Part shown: positions 15,066 to 30,040 of the stretch, one piece after another
Layout of the letters: every line of letters starts with the position of its first letter
Numbering within the stretch: the stretch's first letter is position 1
Source of the DNA: the human T2T-CHM13v2.0 reference genome, Homo sapiens
Reading direction: 5' to 3' (one strand)
NCBI RefSeq assembly: GCF_009914755.1
Contig: NC_060929.1
Length of the DNA stretch: 64,000 nt
Notes under the pieces: model-generated
Seen by the model: only the letters and a program-made list of their open reading frames with translations
The model's database searches: none
What the model was told of the DNA's origin: nothing
Program-made: the position numbers and the translations under genes

Positions 15066-17100
15066 AGTGAAAAGAAAATTAGTTTTGTTTTTATTTTTTA
15101 TCTTTATACTTATTATATTTTCATTTGAATTTATTTTTTCTGAACTCTTTCTCTTTACTCTGGAAACATTGTTTTGTCTCTTTTTCTAGGTCTTTCTCTT
15201 GTGTGTTGAATGTTTTCTTTTGGTAATCTATTGATGTCCAATCACATTTAAAGATAAAAAACTCTGGTAATGTTGCAGAATTTGTTAATTTAAAGTTTTT
15301 CATTAGGGTAAATAGGCGGGGAGCTTGTCCTCATATTTCTCTAAATACCAGAATGAGGAGGGCTTTACTCTAGGCCACTGACATCTCTCTTAACTGTCCT
15401 AGTTCTCCCTCTCATTCAATTGCTTTATGAACGAACCACTGACATTTCCCCCCACTATCCTCAGGTACATGGTTGGCTACAGACTATTCCGCAACATGGA
15501 GGGAGGGATGTCTCATACCTACCATCAGCATAAGTCACCCGCTTTCTGTTCTGTCTTCTGTGGTCCTGTTGTCTCTTAACTAAGAGCCTGTTTAGTATTC
15601 TTCCAGGATACCTGCTGTCTCCTTGGCTCCCGTTCTTTGTACGTATATTCCATGTTCCCTCTACTTTCCCTTCAAGGTTCATCAGTAACCACCAGCATAC
15701 ATTTAAATGCAGGCTACAGAATACCTGAATAGCACTGGTTTATCCAATACATTAATGTCATTATATTACAAAACAAAATTTGGGAGTAGGCAAGGCCAGC
15801 ATTTGTTCAGCACTTCAATGATGCCAAGGCACTGTGCCCATAATACTTTTGTTTTCCTTGGCCTTCTTCTCATGATCACAAGTTGATAGCAACAACTACA
15901 CACATTCATATACTCACACAACAGCATCCAAAGTTTGGGGAGACAGCAAAAGACTTTCTTCCTATATTTCTTTCTTTTTATTGTGAAGGCAAAAGTTGTA
16001 CTACAGGTCCCTAACTTACTTTCTCTGGCATTTTATTATCAGAACTGCATCATGTGGCCAGCCTTAGCTGCAAGAAAGGATTTAAAACGGAATATTTGGT
16101 AAATCGGAATAAGGTAACTACTGTTAGTGATTGAGTTAGGTAAATACTGGTTTAATCCCTGAAGTAGTATATGATGCCAGCCATACAAGATTTTATTAAC
16201 AAGAAAGGGCCATGGTTGCTGGCTATGGAACCAATGTTATCTGGCACTTCACTCATATCAAAAGTATTTTCTGTCTTCTAGAAACATGTCCCTTTGTCTC
16301 GTCTCCTGGTTGCTCCCAAATACAAATTCATGCATCAGGTTACTTTGTGGTTGAGTTTATATTTTATTCTTTTACTATTATTAATTGGGTCTCTGTAGAG
16401 GGATGAGATAAAGGCATGTCCTGGGAATCATCTTAAATAAGAAATGTATTTGTCTTATGCTTAGAAATTACTTGGAATTATTTTTACAAAGAGCATGTGT
16501 TTATATATTATTTTTAATTTTTAAAAACAAGTTTAAAAATTAGAAATAAGAATATAGCTATTCTCAGTATGCACAGTCATTTTACAGATATGTTAAAAAC
16601 AGATTTACTGGAGCATAGATATAAGTTTAGTCAAATTTTTTCTAAACCATTATTTACAAATGATTTTCTGGCCTCTGTCATCTGATGATCTCATATAATG
16701 AATATATAACATATGTAGCATATGTTACATAGTATAGGTACACATTACTAAGTAATCATGGCTTGAATCAGTTAAATATTACCATTGGTAAGAAAATCTT
16801 CAAGGAGGATGCTTTTAAAATACTGTTTAAAGCCTACATGAAGAAATGTGTACGTGTGTTATGAGCTCTTAACCCAAAGGTTTTCTATGTTGCCATCTCA
16901 GTAAAACTTAGATGTTACTGTTCAGCAAATCTTACCTCTTCATTACATTTTGTTTAAAAAGATAATGTACTTATTTTACCTTTTGTAGTTTGTGGGATCA
17001 ACACTGATATTCTAATTTGGTCTTTCTTGCCAGTTAATGAGGTAGAGTGCTGTTTGGGGCATTGTCTACAGCAGTAATGTCTGGTTTCCTGCTGATTCAG

Positions 17101-17102
<2 letters not shown>

Positions 17103-17143
<41 letters not shown>
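17103..17143. repeat. (CA)n microsatellite
   Basis: About 20 uninterrupted AC units. Confidence 0.97.
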
Positions 17144-17148
<5 letters not shown>

Positions 17149-20100
17149 AGTTGCTTGGGCTATTTTAGGGATTCTTTTTTTGGTATAGTATTGGCCTGGG
17201 GATTTAGAGTCCTGTGTTAGTCTCAGTCAACTTGCTCTTGTTTGTGAGAATTAGACACCCATTTATATTCTGTGGAGTTTATTTATCAGTGAAAAGTAAA
17301 ACTCAATTATGTCTCTAGAGTTTTATTGTCCTTAACTCTGTAACTAACTTAGACTTCATTCAACATTTTATCTGTAAAGTCTCATTAATCTTTATATCTC
17401 CAGTGCCTACATGACAGATAGTAGGGGCTTAATGTTAGCTGACTTGAATAATTGAATCAAATAGCAACATGCTTAATGAAATAAATTATTTAATCACCTA
17501 CAAAAATTCCCTTTGTATTTAATGTGACATATTCCCCTACGGAGCAACTAAGGGCTAAATATAGACTTGCACAACAAAGTCCCTTCAAAAGTTATATAAA
17601 GGACTTTGTTCATTACCAACTCAAAACTCATCAGCCATTACCTTGCTGCATGTCCTCAATAATTTCTTAGTGAGAAAAAGAACAACTGAAGGTTATTCAT
17701 GAGAGGAGAAATAGTCATTAAGAAGTATGAAAAACACTTAAAATAATCTCTTCTTTTAAAGCCTCCATACTCTGTTTCTAGTATGAATAACAGAATTAAG
17801 AAATGGCACACCCTTAGCAACGAAAAAAGAGTAAACTTTCTGATCAAAGAGGCTTAGATTTCATGAATTGAATGTCCAGATTAATTTTCTCTTGATACAA
17901 TATTAAGCTATTTTGAAAATCTACTTATTGAGTAAACACAGCCCTTTGTTAGGTGTTACAGAGTTTTGGTGTATTTGCCATATCTGTGTGTATATGTGTC
18001 TTTGGCGGGGATGGGGGGTGTTTAAATAAAGGATATATATAGAAAAAAATTAGTCATCTGTAGCTCATACTATCCTTTAGGTACCTTAGAAATTATGTAT
18101 GTATTAGTTTATCACTATTTCATTTTATTTTATTCTACTGAATTTCTGTTTCCTAAATAATGGCTTTATCAACCTAGCTGGTTTAAGACATTTTAAAGAC
18201 AGAAACCATATAGTTACCTTATAATATCCCTTATAGTGCCTGCTACATTGAGTTTCCAGCCCAGGCAAAATGATTTAAAAATGCTTATGCATACCCCAAT
18301 TACAGTGAATAAACATAAAACCCACACTAAGTTATCTTCTTAAGTTTTGGATAATATTGGTTCACCTGTTAGGCATCTTCCCTTGGTCATAGAACTTGCC
18401 AAATGTTTTACGTACTTTCTTTGAGGAACATAACATATCTCTGAGGTTTTGTGCAATGTTTATAATAAAGAAAACTATCTGGAAGATTTGGTCATTTTTT
18501 TTTCAATGTAGACATGCCTTTACTCATCAGGAAGAAAATTAACCTGCTTATAGATATGCATGTTGATTTCATAAAGCAAATAAAGTTAAATACAAAATAA
18601 AATAAAATTGGACTCCCAAAGAACAGATTCAGTGCAGTTTACAGATGCAAGCTTTTTAAAGATTGTCTTGGCATACTTTCTAGAATCTGTCTGTTCCAGC
18701 CTTTCTGCTTTTTTCTTGTTTGTATACTCTCTGAGAGCTCAACTAAGAACTTCCCAGTGGTGTAATAACTGTTTTAAGAATCTTAGTGCAAATTTACTTG
18801 GGTAATAGGTCCCTTCATCTGGATGCGTATTTACATATTATAATAAATTGTAAAAGTAATGGGGACTTAGCGTATTAATTTTAATTCGGTAGAATTTTCC
18901 TGGTTTTCTTTATAGGGCGTTTATGAATGGCTAAGTAGTTATTTCACCTAGTTAAGATGAAAACTATTGGTAATGCATCCTGTATAGGAACATAGACAAC
19001 TCTGTTTCCAATTTCAGTGTCAGAAAGAGTGTGGCCTGGGAGACTAGATTTGGCCTAGCACATTATTTGTATACCTTTAATAATCCTTAAGGTATGAGAT
19101 ATATCAACTTCTCAATGCTATTTTTGCTGGCATTAGTTAACCCTGATTATAAACATTTAAGTCCACCTGACATTACTGTCACCTACATAAACAGTCATTT
19201 TTATAAGGTAGGGCAAATGGCTTCAAACGTTTTGCAACTCAGAAATATTTTCCTGACCTCTAAAACTGAACTTGACATTGCTGTGACACAGAGCTAATCA
19301 GGAACTCATGACAGAAATTTCTAAAGTAATGTGCTTAACCTGAGCTTCTAGAATTTTGGGCAAAACTGTACTTAGCTTCTCATAGTAACCTAAACAAAAG
19401 CTGCTTCCTTCTTTAGTAACTGATACCATGAAATAAAAGTAATTCTCTGCTGTGCATCAAAATACTAATTTCCTATAAATTATTTAGATTTCTAATTCAC
19501 TGTGTTATAATAACATGTAACAGAAAATATCACTTTTTTGCTTTCTTTTTGTCTTTGTAGACTTTCTGTATTTATATTAGTGAACTAGTAAAACACTGCC
19601 TCTGTATGGCACAGGAAATGATAACATCTGGCTTAAATCATTTTGCGTATCATGTTTGGCTGGTAGAAGTACTCTGGGTATCAAATAGATTTGAATAGAA
19701 ATCGAAAGAAGTTTAGACTAGGAAAGAACATTAAATAGGTGCAAATTTTTTAGTATTTGATTGATTTCTTAGTACAGTACTTTAATGCATTTCACATTTT
19801 GTACAATCTTCTGAAAAAGAGATTGAATACAACAAATTTCTAAATATAGATATAAAGAAGGTATTATTCATGTATAGATTACATATTATAATATTCTAAT
19901 AACCAGAATACCCAATTTTTCATTTTACTAAGGGTATAACTAGTCATTTCAACTCACATAGATACATTCCTAATTGCACAATTATTTGTGTCCTCTTCTA
20001 CTACTCATGCCCTGTTATTTATGGTTATTTAGATCAAATAAAGTTATTGTTTTATCAAACAAATCTTAGCTCCAAGTTCAATCAAATCATCTCTCTTAAA

Positions 20101-20213
20101 ACATATAAATTAGAGTGATCACGTGGGCCTCTGAATGTTGACCTAGTAGCAACTCTTCAGACAAGCTATGTGTTAGCAAAGTTATTCATTGACAAAGCTG
20201 TTATGTGGTTAAC

Positions 20214-20267
20214 TAAAACAGTGCCTGTAAAAGAGTGCCTATAAAACAGTGCCTATAAAGAGTGCCA
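20214..20267. repeat. 14 bp minisatellite, ~4 copies
   Basis: TAAAACAGTGCCTG / TAAAAGAGTGCCTA / TAAAACAGTGCCTA / TAAAGAGTGCCA. Confidence 0.85.
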
Positions 20268-20742
20268 CCACAAGCCTGGCACATTGTGGGTACTCGTAAA
20301 ACATTAATTTCCTTCCTTTTTCCCCATTTCCTTGTATTCTAATTTTTCCTTATGATTTTGATGGTACCTGCTAGAAGCAAATAAAAGTAATGCTTCACAC
20401 ATCAAGTAGCTCTCCAAATTTGTGATATATAACTATCATCTTTCACCATCTCATAAACAATTTGTTCATAAACTAATCATACAAATTCCTTAGACTGTGT
20501 CTTGAGGAAGATGGTTTCACATCCACTAATACTCTTTCTTAATTGTCCCAGGGAAAATTTATCTTTGTGCTTCCTCTGTATCTTGATCATCTTGCATCTT
20601 AGTTCCTACATTATTGGACTTACTTGTTTATAATCTTTATACTAAACTATAAGGTCTTTAAAGGAAGTGCAATGATTGCTTTTGCAATGTCATCACTTAC
20701 CAAACATTGTCATATATTATTTGTTTCAAGAAATATGGAATG

Positions 20743-21002
<260 letters not shown>

Positions 21003-23755
21003 GGAAATAAGTGAATCAATCAATAACTGAAAATGGCTTACATCAGATTAAAAATATTCTTCATAAAACAAGGTGCTCACATTTGAATACAATATACCAA
21101 ATAGGCAAATCTTTTTGTGAAGCTTTGGCTCCAATTGACAGAAGTTATAATACAAAGCTCTCATCTGGTTCCTACTAATCATAAACATGTTTGTAACATG
21201 ATTGTTTGATTTTGTTGTATATGTGAATTTTTGAAATTAAGGTTTACACTTTCTACTCCTTAACTTCTCTCCCTTTCCTCTTCTTTATCTGTGTCTTTCA
21301 TTTCCATTGTAACTCCTTCAGCTTGCATAAAATCAGCTTTACATAATACTGTTGGTAAACTTATATAGAATATATATTTGTACTACTTGTCTTTGGCAAG
21401 TTAAAATACCTAATGGATATTACTGATATTACAGATATGTTACGTAGGTAGGAAACAATCTCAGGTAGCCGCGTGTTAGCCCATGTGACATAAACAGATT
21501 AAAGGGGTTCTGTTTTGTGATTGTAACAAAAATAACATAAAAATATCAAAGCTAAGAAGGGTAAAACCACAATTTTTCTGCTTCTATCTGTCTTTAAAAA
21601 TTCACCAGACCATTCCAAATTGTCCCTTTCAATCTTTAAATCTAGCAGCACTCAAGTCGTCAAAAGTTAATCAAACACCTTGAATTATAAATGCCTTTAA
21701 AATGCAGCCAGCTTTTAAAAATTCATCAAATGATTTTTGGCTCTTAGGTACCTCCAATGTGTTTTTTGAAGTAATATCCTGACAGCTCTGTTTTCCTATG
21801 TGGCTTAATATGCTTCTAAAAAATGAAAAAAACACGTGGCAGAAACAATAGTCTCCATAGGCAATATATTCACCAGATATTTATGAGGCAAGTCTACTAC
21901 AGCCTAAAAGGTTATTTGTCTCCAAAATATTTCCCTTGATGCTCTCTCTTTCTCACACACACACACACCACATGCACACATGATAAAATCAACATTTAAA
22001 CATGCATTTCCTCTATTTGTTTAATGCAAAAATTCATTCATTCATTCAGAATGGATTCATTAGTGCAGTGTCACACTTTAATATGTATGGGAATCACCTG
22101 GGTTGTCTTACTGCAAAGCAGGTTAGGATTTAGTAAGTCTGGAGTGGGATGAAAGAATCTGCAATTCTAGCAAGGGATAAGTATTACCACTGATAAGCTT
22201 CTTTTGGGTAATGAGTTCATATAGCTGTCAGATTTATAATTTAAAAAGAGTTCCTCATTTAGAAGAAGTTGGAAAAAGTAAACAAAAGGAATGGAAATTA
22301 AAGATAACATGAATTCAAGTTAACCACCATTTTCCCTGCAACCTGTACCTTAGGCAATTGTGGAGAATACAAAATAAGTATATTTTGTATCCTTATCCTG
22401 ACTGAAAGAGTCGAGAATTATAAATTCAAGCATAATATGAAAAAAGATTTGAGCATAATTCCAAGGCTAAATAACCTACTAGAGACTTTATGTAAATTCA
22501 AATAATATATCATTCATCATAGAGTAATTCTGTACATCATTGGTGACATGAAGGGTCTTGGTTAGACTTCAAAAAAGTGTAGAAACTACATTACACAAAC
22601 TATGGGGATGAAGAGGACAAGAGAAAAGGAACAGGAGGGGAGAGGAGACATTAGAATGAAATAGTATCATGATACAGGTTCAAAGAAAGGTTTGGAAGCT
22701 AATTTTTATGAAATTTTGGAAGAGCAGCTTGACAGGATCATAAGTATTTGATTAGGCATAGAGAATATTTCTCCATGGGTAAGAAAGTTAGTCCTGGTCT
22801 ACACTATTATTTTAGGGCTCTTCAGGAAAAACTTCGTGTGCAAAATATTATTTTAAGAAATTAACTTACATGGAATAGAGTGGAGAGTTCTAGCTCTCTA
22901 CATATCTTGCCATTTATGGGAAAGATAGTTAGCCTCTCTTTCTCCAACAGGTAAATTTGTTCTCTCAAATCTTTTGCTTCATAATACAGGCATATTTATC
23001 TATAGTCAGTTTGCCAAATGAGCTGGAAGGGAAGTTTTTAGTAAAGAATTGTAAAGAAGTTTTGATAATAATTTTGGGGAATTGATTGATCTAAAGCTGT
23101 AGCACTGACAACAGAAGTAGTCTCTCTAAATAATCACTGTAAAATGAAACTTCAACAGAGCTTGAAAGGGGATGAGGCATCCATGATTTTGAACCTAAAC
23201 ATAAACAAAACAAAACAAAAAAACAATGCTAGGCTGTGTCTGTCCTAGGAGTGAATATAAGATAAAAGATTGTTTTGGGAACAAATAAAGCAAAACTTTT
23301 GCATAAAAAAACTAATTTCATGAAACTCTTTCTCACATTAAACCAGTTATTCTTTTATTAAAAAATGAAAGCAGTATTTGTGTGTGTGTGTTTTGTACAA
23401 ATTGGAAAGCTTTTCTCATGTGACTTTAAAAATCTCTGATAACTGGTTCAACCAGGATTGATGCTTACTCCAAAGATGGTCATCTATAACTCAGGTAGCA
23501 GCCCATACAACGATCTGGCTGGAGAACTCTTTCGATGGGGATGCTTCAATCAGACTGTGACTAATAGAATTAATCATACCCATTGTTGGGGAGATTTAAA
23601 GTAAAGAATGAATAGCTAGAATAATCAGAGTGCATGAGTTGTGAGAATGATAAATCCCCAAAGTGGTGTTGGGCCACTGGCATCACTGTGGTTTCCTGAT
23701 GGACAATCTCACTTGCCATAAAGTCTGCCTCTAATACTCCTGAGATAATTTCCCT

Positions 23756-23818
23756 TGCTTCTTTTCTTCCTGTGATCCCTTACAGTGCTTCTTTTCTTCC
23801 TGTGATCCCTTACAATGC
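23756..23818. repeat. 30 bp tandem duplication
   Basis: TGCTTCTTTTCTTCCTGTGATCCCTTACAR twice (23756-23785, 23786-23815). Confidence 0.95.
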
Positions 23819-24569
23819 ACTCTATCATCAGTTAATCTGATCTTTACTTTGTGTCATCCCCCTGAGTGCCTGACTCATACACATCTCTACTCGTGACCTC
23901 TTTCAGGTCCAGAAGTTCATACCAGTCCATTTTGTTAAGAGCCTCTACCTTTTCTTTTATTTCCTTCACTCGATAGATTACAATGAGTTCTTCAAGTTCA
24001 GTATGTGAGTAGCCACAGAGAGGTCTTGAGGTAAGTAGAAAACTAATATCCTACCTATAAAGTTTTCATTTTCTACTTTTCAGTAATTTGAAGTATTCAT
24101 AGAGGACGACTGGGAATCAATCTTTGTGCAAGATAACAGAAAAAATTTATTAGGCAAATAAAGAAATCCTATTACCACTGCCCAATCAAGAAAACATTCA
24201 CACTTACAAATCAATCCTAACAGAGGTAAATATCTGTTGATTTTTTTCCCACTCCAAGAAACATAATTCTATATGACCACTAATGAGCAAATTGAAAGTA
24301 ATAATTACAATCATAAAAATGCCACTGAGGTTTTGAGTTTAAAAAGTTTGTATGTAAGCTTAAGTATGGGTTGATAAGAAATACTAATCCACATGAATAA
24401 TTAGTTACTTTAGTTAGTAGTATGTGTTAATTGATAGAGGTAGAATGCATATACATTAAAGCAATGATAATGATAAGAAAATATATTTTATAGAATGTTT
24501 TTTCCTTATATATCTTATTCAGAATGAGTTAAATTTGGAAAAGAGGCTTGTTTTGAACAGACGGGTTAG

Positions 24570-24765
24570 ATCAGGAGTCCTATAACCAAATCCAACCATT
24601 GGCTTATTGAACTGCTTTTTTTAAATTAAGAAATGGATTTACATTTTTAAAGGTTTGTTAAAATAAAAGCAAAAATGAAAGATGGATATACAATCATATA
24701 TGGCTTACAAAGCCTAAATATTAACTATCTGAACTTTTACAGAAAAACATTTGCCTACTCCTTGG
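24570..24765. mobile_element. MER58-like DNA transposon remnant
   Basis: ATATGGCTTACAAAGCCTAAATATTAACTATCTG...TTTACAGAAAAA...TTTGCCTACTCCT resembles the MER58 end. Confidence 0.6.
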
Positions 24766-26175
24766 TTACATACATTTTTTTCCTTACAAATAGATGTCCT
24801 TTATTGAATCTTAACTTAGGCAAATAAAATCTGGAAAGAACAGAAATCAGCAGACTAAAGATGTATAAGCCACTATTTAGCTTGTGACTTTAAGCAAAGT
24901 GAAGTGAGGAATTAGGTCAAACAGTCCAACAGGTTATCCAAACTACATATTATCTTTTATATTTAAAAAAGAAATTCTCTCTGACTCATTTGGTCAACAT
25001 GATAAAAAGGACACCAGGAAATCCTCCCACCAAGGGGTCTGCCTTTCATCCAGGAGAAAAGACACACACTCATTGTTTCAAAGCTTAACTGAGGTGTGAT
25101 ACATCCTGTTGAAACCGTGTTCAAAGAAGCCTCATATAACCAGAAACTCAATAAACCAGTATTTTATTTCCATATTTGAGAAGGATAAGGATGAGAAATG
25201 ACTTTCCAAAAAGATAAAAGTTACAAAAAAGCAGATTTTTCCTATATTTTGTTAATGTTTTATTGCAGAAAATTGTAAACACATAAAAGTAACAATATAC
25301 TATATTACTAGAATACTAGTAGAAGAGTATAAATCTAACGAATTAGTAGAATAGTGTAACAAAATACCATAATAAAATCTCATATGTTCCTTGCTCAGAT
25401 TAAACAATCATCAACTGATAGCTTGTTTCACTGGTACCTCATACATTTCCACCTAATTATTTTGAGAAAAATTGCAGACATATTATTTCAAAGATAAAAT
25501 TTCAGTATGCATCACTAAAATATAAATATTCTTAAAATAAAAATGTCCATAATATCACCATAACACCCCCAAAATTAATAGTAATTTCTTAAAATTATCA
25601 AATACTTAGCTGGTATTAACATTTTTTAAGCAGGCACATATTTTGTAAAGAAGTTATTTGCAGGTCATGTCCCAACTCCCTCACTTTCCTGAGGAGTCTA
25701 AACAAAAACATCCTCTAGAACTATAACACTTAAAATAATTAAAAATAAGCTTTGAAACATGAAAGATATATAATTTATTATAATACCATATCAGGACAAG
25801 AAAATTCTACTCATGTATTTCAAGAAAGGATACTAGCCAATTTTTACAGCATCAACTAAAAACAAAAAAGAATTTTGCTGTTGTTGAGCACTAGCAAAAT
25901 ATAACTAAAATACTCTAGTCCTAGAATATTGATTTATCAAGCTGTATATTTACTTACTATTTTGCATCATCATCACTATCATAGCAGAAACTCCTAGACA
26001 GAAAGATGAAAGACAACTGGAATTTCGGAGGTCAAGTGAGAATGAAGGAAGACTTGAAAGAATCTCAGAAGAAAAACAAAATAAATGCAAAGAGAAATCA
26101 TCTGAATGCTATTTGACTAATATTAACTTCTCCACTTGTGTTCCAATATATAAAACTGAATGAGACTTTCTAGAC

Positions 26176-26310
26176 TAGGGTTTCTCAACCTCAGCCCTAC
26201 TGACATTTTGGGCCAGATAATTTTTTGGTGTCTGGAGTTGTCCTGTGCATTGTAAAATGTTTAGCTTCATCTCCCTGGCCTCAATCTACTGGAAGCCAAT
26301 AGCAAACTCC
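26176..26310. mobile_element. MER20 fragment
   Basis: GTTTCTCAACCTCAGCCCTACTGACATTTTGGGCCAGATAATT...GTCCTGTGCATTGTAAAATGTTTAGC. Confidence 0.8.
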
Positions 26311-26870
26311 TCACACTGAAAGTACCACAATAAGGACTGACAGGAGTGCTCATGAGGACATATTTTTGGCCTCCTATCTTCATAAACTCTGCTCTAATAA
26401 TCCAAGGTGCCAAACATGCTCATGCTTTGTGTCTTTGTACAACTTTTGGATCATATTTACAACAGAAGCTTAAAATTATGTTTTAGATATCAAAGCATCT
26501 ATAAATAAACTTTTTGGGACATTTGCTTTAATTATGCAATCTTTTTTGGATACTCTTCTTGGAACGTTGTAAAGCAAATGCTAATCACTTTGTTCATGAG
26601 AGATAGCTATTTAAACACATTAAAAATGCTTTTCAAAAATTCCGTCTATTTTTCTTTTCCATTCAAGTGTCAGGTAACTCCAGTTGGTTTACCAGTTTAA
26701 TTAACCAGGATAAAATAGATTTCTGCTAAAGAATCTGTGGCATTTAGATTCAGAGGCAAAAAAAAAAATACAGAAAAATAAAATTTACATTACTGTTAAT
26801 AAATAGTATCATGTGCAAATTGTTTATGACAGACAAAGTTTGATTCGGTTGGAGGTTTTTGTTAGTATGT

Positions 26871-27255
26871 TGATATGGTTTGGCTCTGTGTCCCCACCCA
26901 AATCTCATGTAGAAATGTAATCCTCAGTGTTGAAGAGGGGCCTGGTGGGAGGTAATTGGATCATGGGGGTGGATTTCCCCCTTGCTGTTGTCATGGTAAT
27001 GAGTGAGTACTCAAGACTTCTGCTTGTTTAAACGTGTGTATTACTTCCCCCTTCTCTCTCTCTCTCTCCTGCTCCACCATGTATAGTATGTGCCTATTTC
27101 CTCTTCACCTTTCACTATGTTGTAAGTTTTCTGAGGCCTCCCCAGCCATGCTTCCTGTATAGCCATCAGAACTTTGAATCAATTAAATTTCTTTTCTTCA
27201 TAAATTACCCAGTCTCAGGAAGTTTCTTATAGCAATGCAAGAACAGACTAATACA
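26871..27255 (+). mobile_element. MaLR solo LTR (MSTA-like)
   Basis: TGATATGGTTTGGCTCTGTGTCCCCACCC...GACTAATACA; perfect 5 bp TSD TATGT. Confidence 0.92.
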
Positions 27256-27315
27256 TATGTGCAGACAAAAAAGTATTTGAGAGCATGCAGACAAAAAATA
27301 TACAAGAGCTCTTCT

Positions 27316-27629
27316 CTTCTTTTTTTTTTTTTTTTTTTTTTTTTTTGAGACGGAGTCTCACTCTGTTGCCGGGCTGGAGTGCAGTGGCATGATCTCGGCT
27401 CACTGTAACCTCCGCTTCCTGGGTTCAAGCAATTATCCTGCCTCAGCCTCCTGAGCAGCTGGGACTACAGGTGCCCGCCACCACGCCCGGGGGCTAATTT
27501 TTTTTTGTATTTTAGTAGAGATGGGGTTTCACCATATTTGCCAGGATGGTCTTGATCTCCTGACCTCATGATCTGCCTGCCTCAGCCTCCCAGTGTTGGG
27601 ATTACAGGTGTGAGCCACTGAGCCCTGCC
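27316..27629 (-). mobile_element. Alu (AluSc-like)
   Basis: Long T-tail, dimeric; TSD AAGAGCTCTTCT at 27304 and 27630. Confidence 0.95.
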
Positions 27630-28929
27630 AAGAGCTCTTCTTTTTGGCTAGCTATAGTATATGTTTAGTGGAATGTTAAAAGATTCACATACAAAGATAT
27701 TCTTTCATATTGAGCCACACGTTTAAATTTTATTGACTTTTACACTGGTACAAAAGCACATAGATTATTTATTTTGGTAGAGAAAACTGAATAAAATATG
27801 CCCAATACTGTCACATAGGACTATCAAATATCATTAATAAATTTTGCAATATGTTTTCCACCATATAATGATATGTATATAAGTTTAATGGAAATTCCTT
27901 CAATATTTCTTTAGAACACCACTTAGTAAAGCATTGAAAACTACTTTGTAGTTACATTGACAATATTGTTTCATTTGTGCTCCATGTGTAAAAGAAATGG
28001 GCTTTAAAAATTGTTTTCCCAATATCAATGTAAAACATGTTGTTGTTACTGGCTTTCTTATATGTTATCTTGAGTAGAATGTTGCCACACAATATCTTGA
28101 AAATACATTGAAAAGTATTAATTCAAATTATGTGTAGTGAGTGGATTTAGGGTAAAGAAAGTTTGGGTCATAAAAACAATCATTCTGTAATTTGCTGTCT
28201 AGCTAGATATAGTACAAGAGTTTTCCTAGCCAAGGTAAAGACAATTCTTCCCCAAACTTGAATTAGTATCTCATGACCATTCACATTTGGATGCTACTGT
28301 CAGTGGAATAAATTTCAAATTCCTTAATCTGGCTTTCAAAACCATCCATAATCTGGTCCGATTTCATGTTTCCAACTAGTACTGTCTCTAATTACAATCT
28401 CAAATGCTCCATTTCAATTCAGCAAGCATCTACTTAGTTCCAGCTACGTGCTTCATTCTGTGTTATGGGAAATATACCCCGTAGGACTAACTAGTAATTC
28501 TTTCAATCAGCTCCAGTAATGCTCTTGGTCATTCTTTTCTTCAGTGTGTAGTGTGTATTTCTCTTTACAGAAACCCTATTCTTAAGGTCCTCTACATACC
28601 TAAATATCATCATTTATTGATTTAAATAAAATATTAGTTGAGTTGACATGTTTGTCTATTTTTTAATCTCTTCACTTAATGTGTAATCTTTTAAATCATC
28701 AGTAATAAAAATAAAATTAAGCTTTGTAAAGGTAATTACAAACTTGTACTGCATCCTCCATATCTGAACTGGGTCTAAGAAAGTTCCTACTTTCCCCAAA
28801 TGAATGTGACTTTATGATGAACATTGCCATGGATGAAGATGAAAATATACTTTGATAGCATGTTCGAAATTATTAAAGAGAATAGTATAAAATGCACAAG
28901 TATTTTCTATCTTTAATCTTTATTATACT

Positions 28930-30040
28930 TGGGAAACCAACCTATGAAATACTATTCTTGATATAGGAACGGCCAAATATTTCATGACAAAGATGCCAAA
29001 AGCAATTACAACAAAAGCAAAAATTGACAAATGGGATCTAATTAAACTTAGGAGTTTCTGCACAGCAAAATAAACTATCAACAGAGTAAACAGACAACCT
29101 ACAGAATGGGAGAAAATTTTTGCAAACTATGTAGCTGATAAGTCTAATATCCAGCACCTATAAGGAACTTAAACAAATTTACAAGAGAAAAACAAACAAC
29201 ACCATTAAAATGTGGGCAAAGGACATGAACAGACACTTTTCCAAAGAAGACATACATGCGGCCAACAATCATATGAAAAAAGCTCAATATCATTGATCAT
29301 TAGAGAAATACAAATCAAAACCATAATGAGATACCATCTCACACTAGTCAGAATGTCTACCATTAAAAAGTAAAAAAATAACAGATGCAGGTGAGGTTGC
29401 AGAGAAAAGGAAACACTTATACACTGTTGGTTGGAGTGTAAATTAGTTCAACCATTGTGGAAAGCAGTACAGTGATTCCTCAAAGAGCTAAAAACAGAAC
29501 TACCATTGGAACCAGCTATCCCATTACCGCATATACACCAAGAGGAATATAAATCATTCTACTATAAAGACACATGCATGCGTATGTTGATTGCAGCACT
29601 ATGCACAATAGCAAAAATGTGGAGTCAACTTAAATGCCTATCAATGACAGATTGGATAAAGAAAATGCAGTATATAGACATCATAGAATACTATGCAGCC
29701 ACAGAAAAGAATGAGATCCTGTCTTTTGTGGGAACACAGATGGAGCTGGAGGCCATTTCCCTTAGCAAACTAATGCAGGAACTGAAAACCAAATACGGCA
29801 TGTTATCACTTATAAATGGAAGCTAAATGATGAGAACTCATGAACACAAAGAAGGGAACAGATACTGGGGCCTATTTGAGGATAGAGGGTAGGAGAGAGG
29901 AACAGAAAGGATAACAATTGGGTATTAGGCTTGGTACCTGGGTGATGAAATAATCTGCACAACCAATCCCCATGACATGAATTTACTTATGTAACAAACC
30001 TGCACAGGTGCCCCTGAAATGAAAATAAAAGTTAAAAAAA
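28930..30040 (+). mobile_element. 5'-truncated older L1PA (ORF2 3' end plus 3' UTR)
   Basis: ORF 29506-29826 resembles the ORF2p C-terminus (PAIPL...YKSFYYKDTC...DWIKKM...EYYAA). 3' UTR ends AATAAAAGTTAAAAAAA. Confidence 0.92.
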
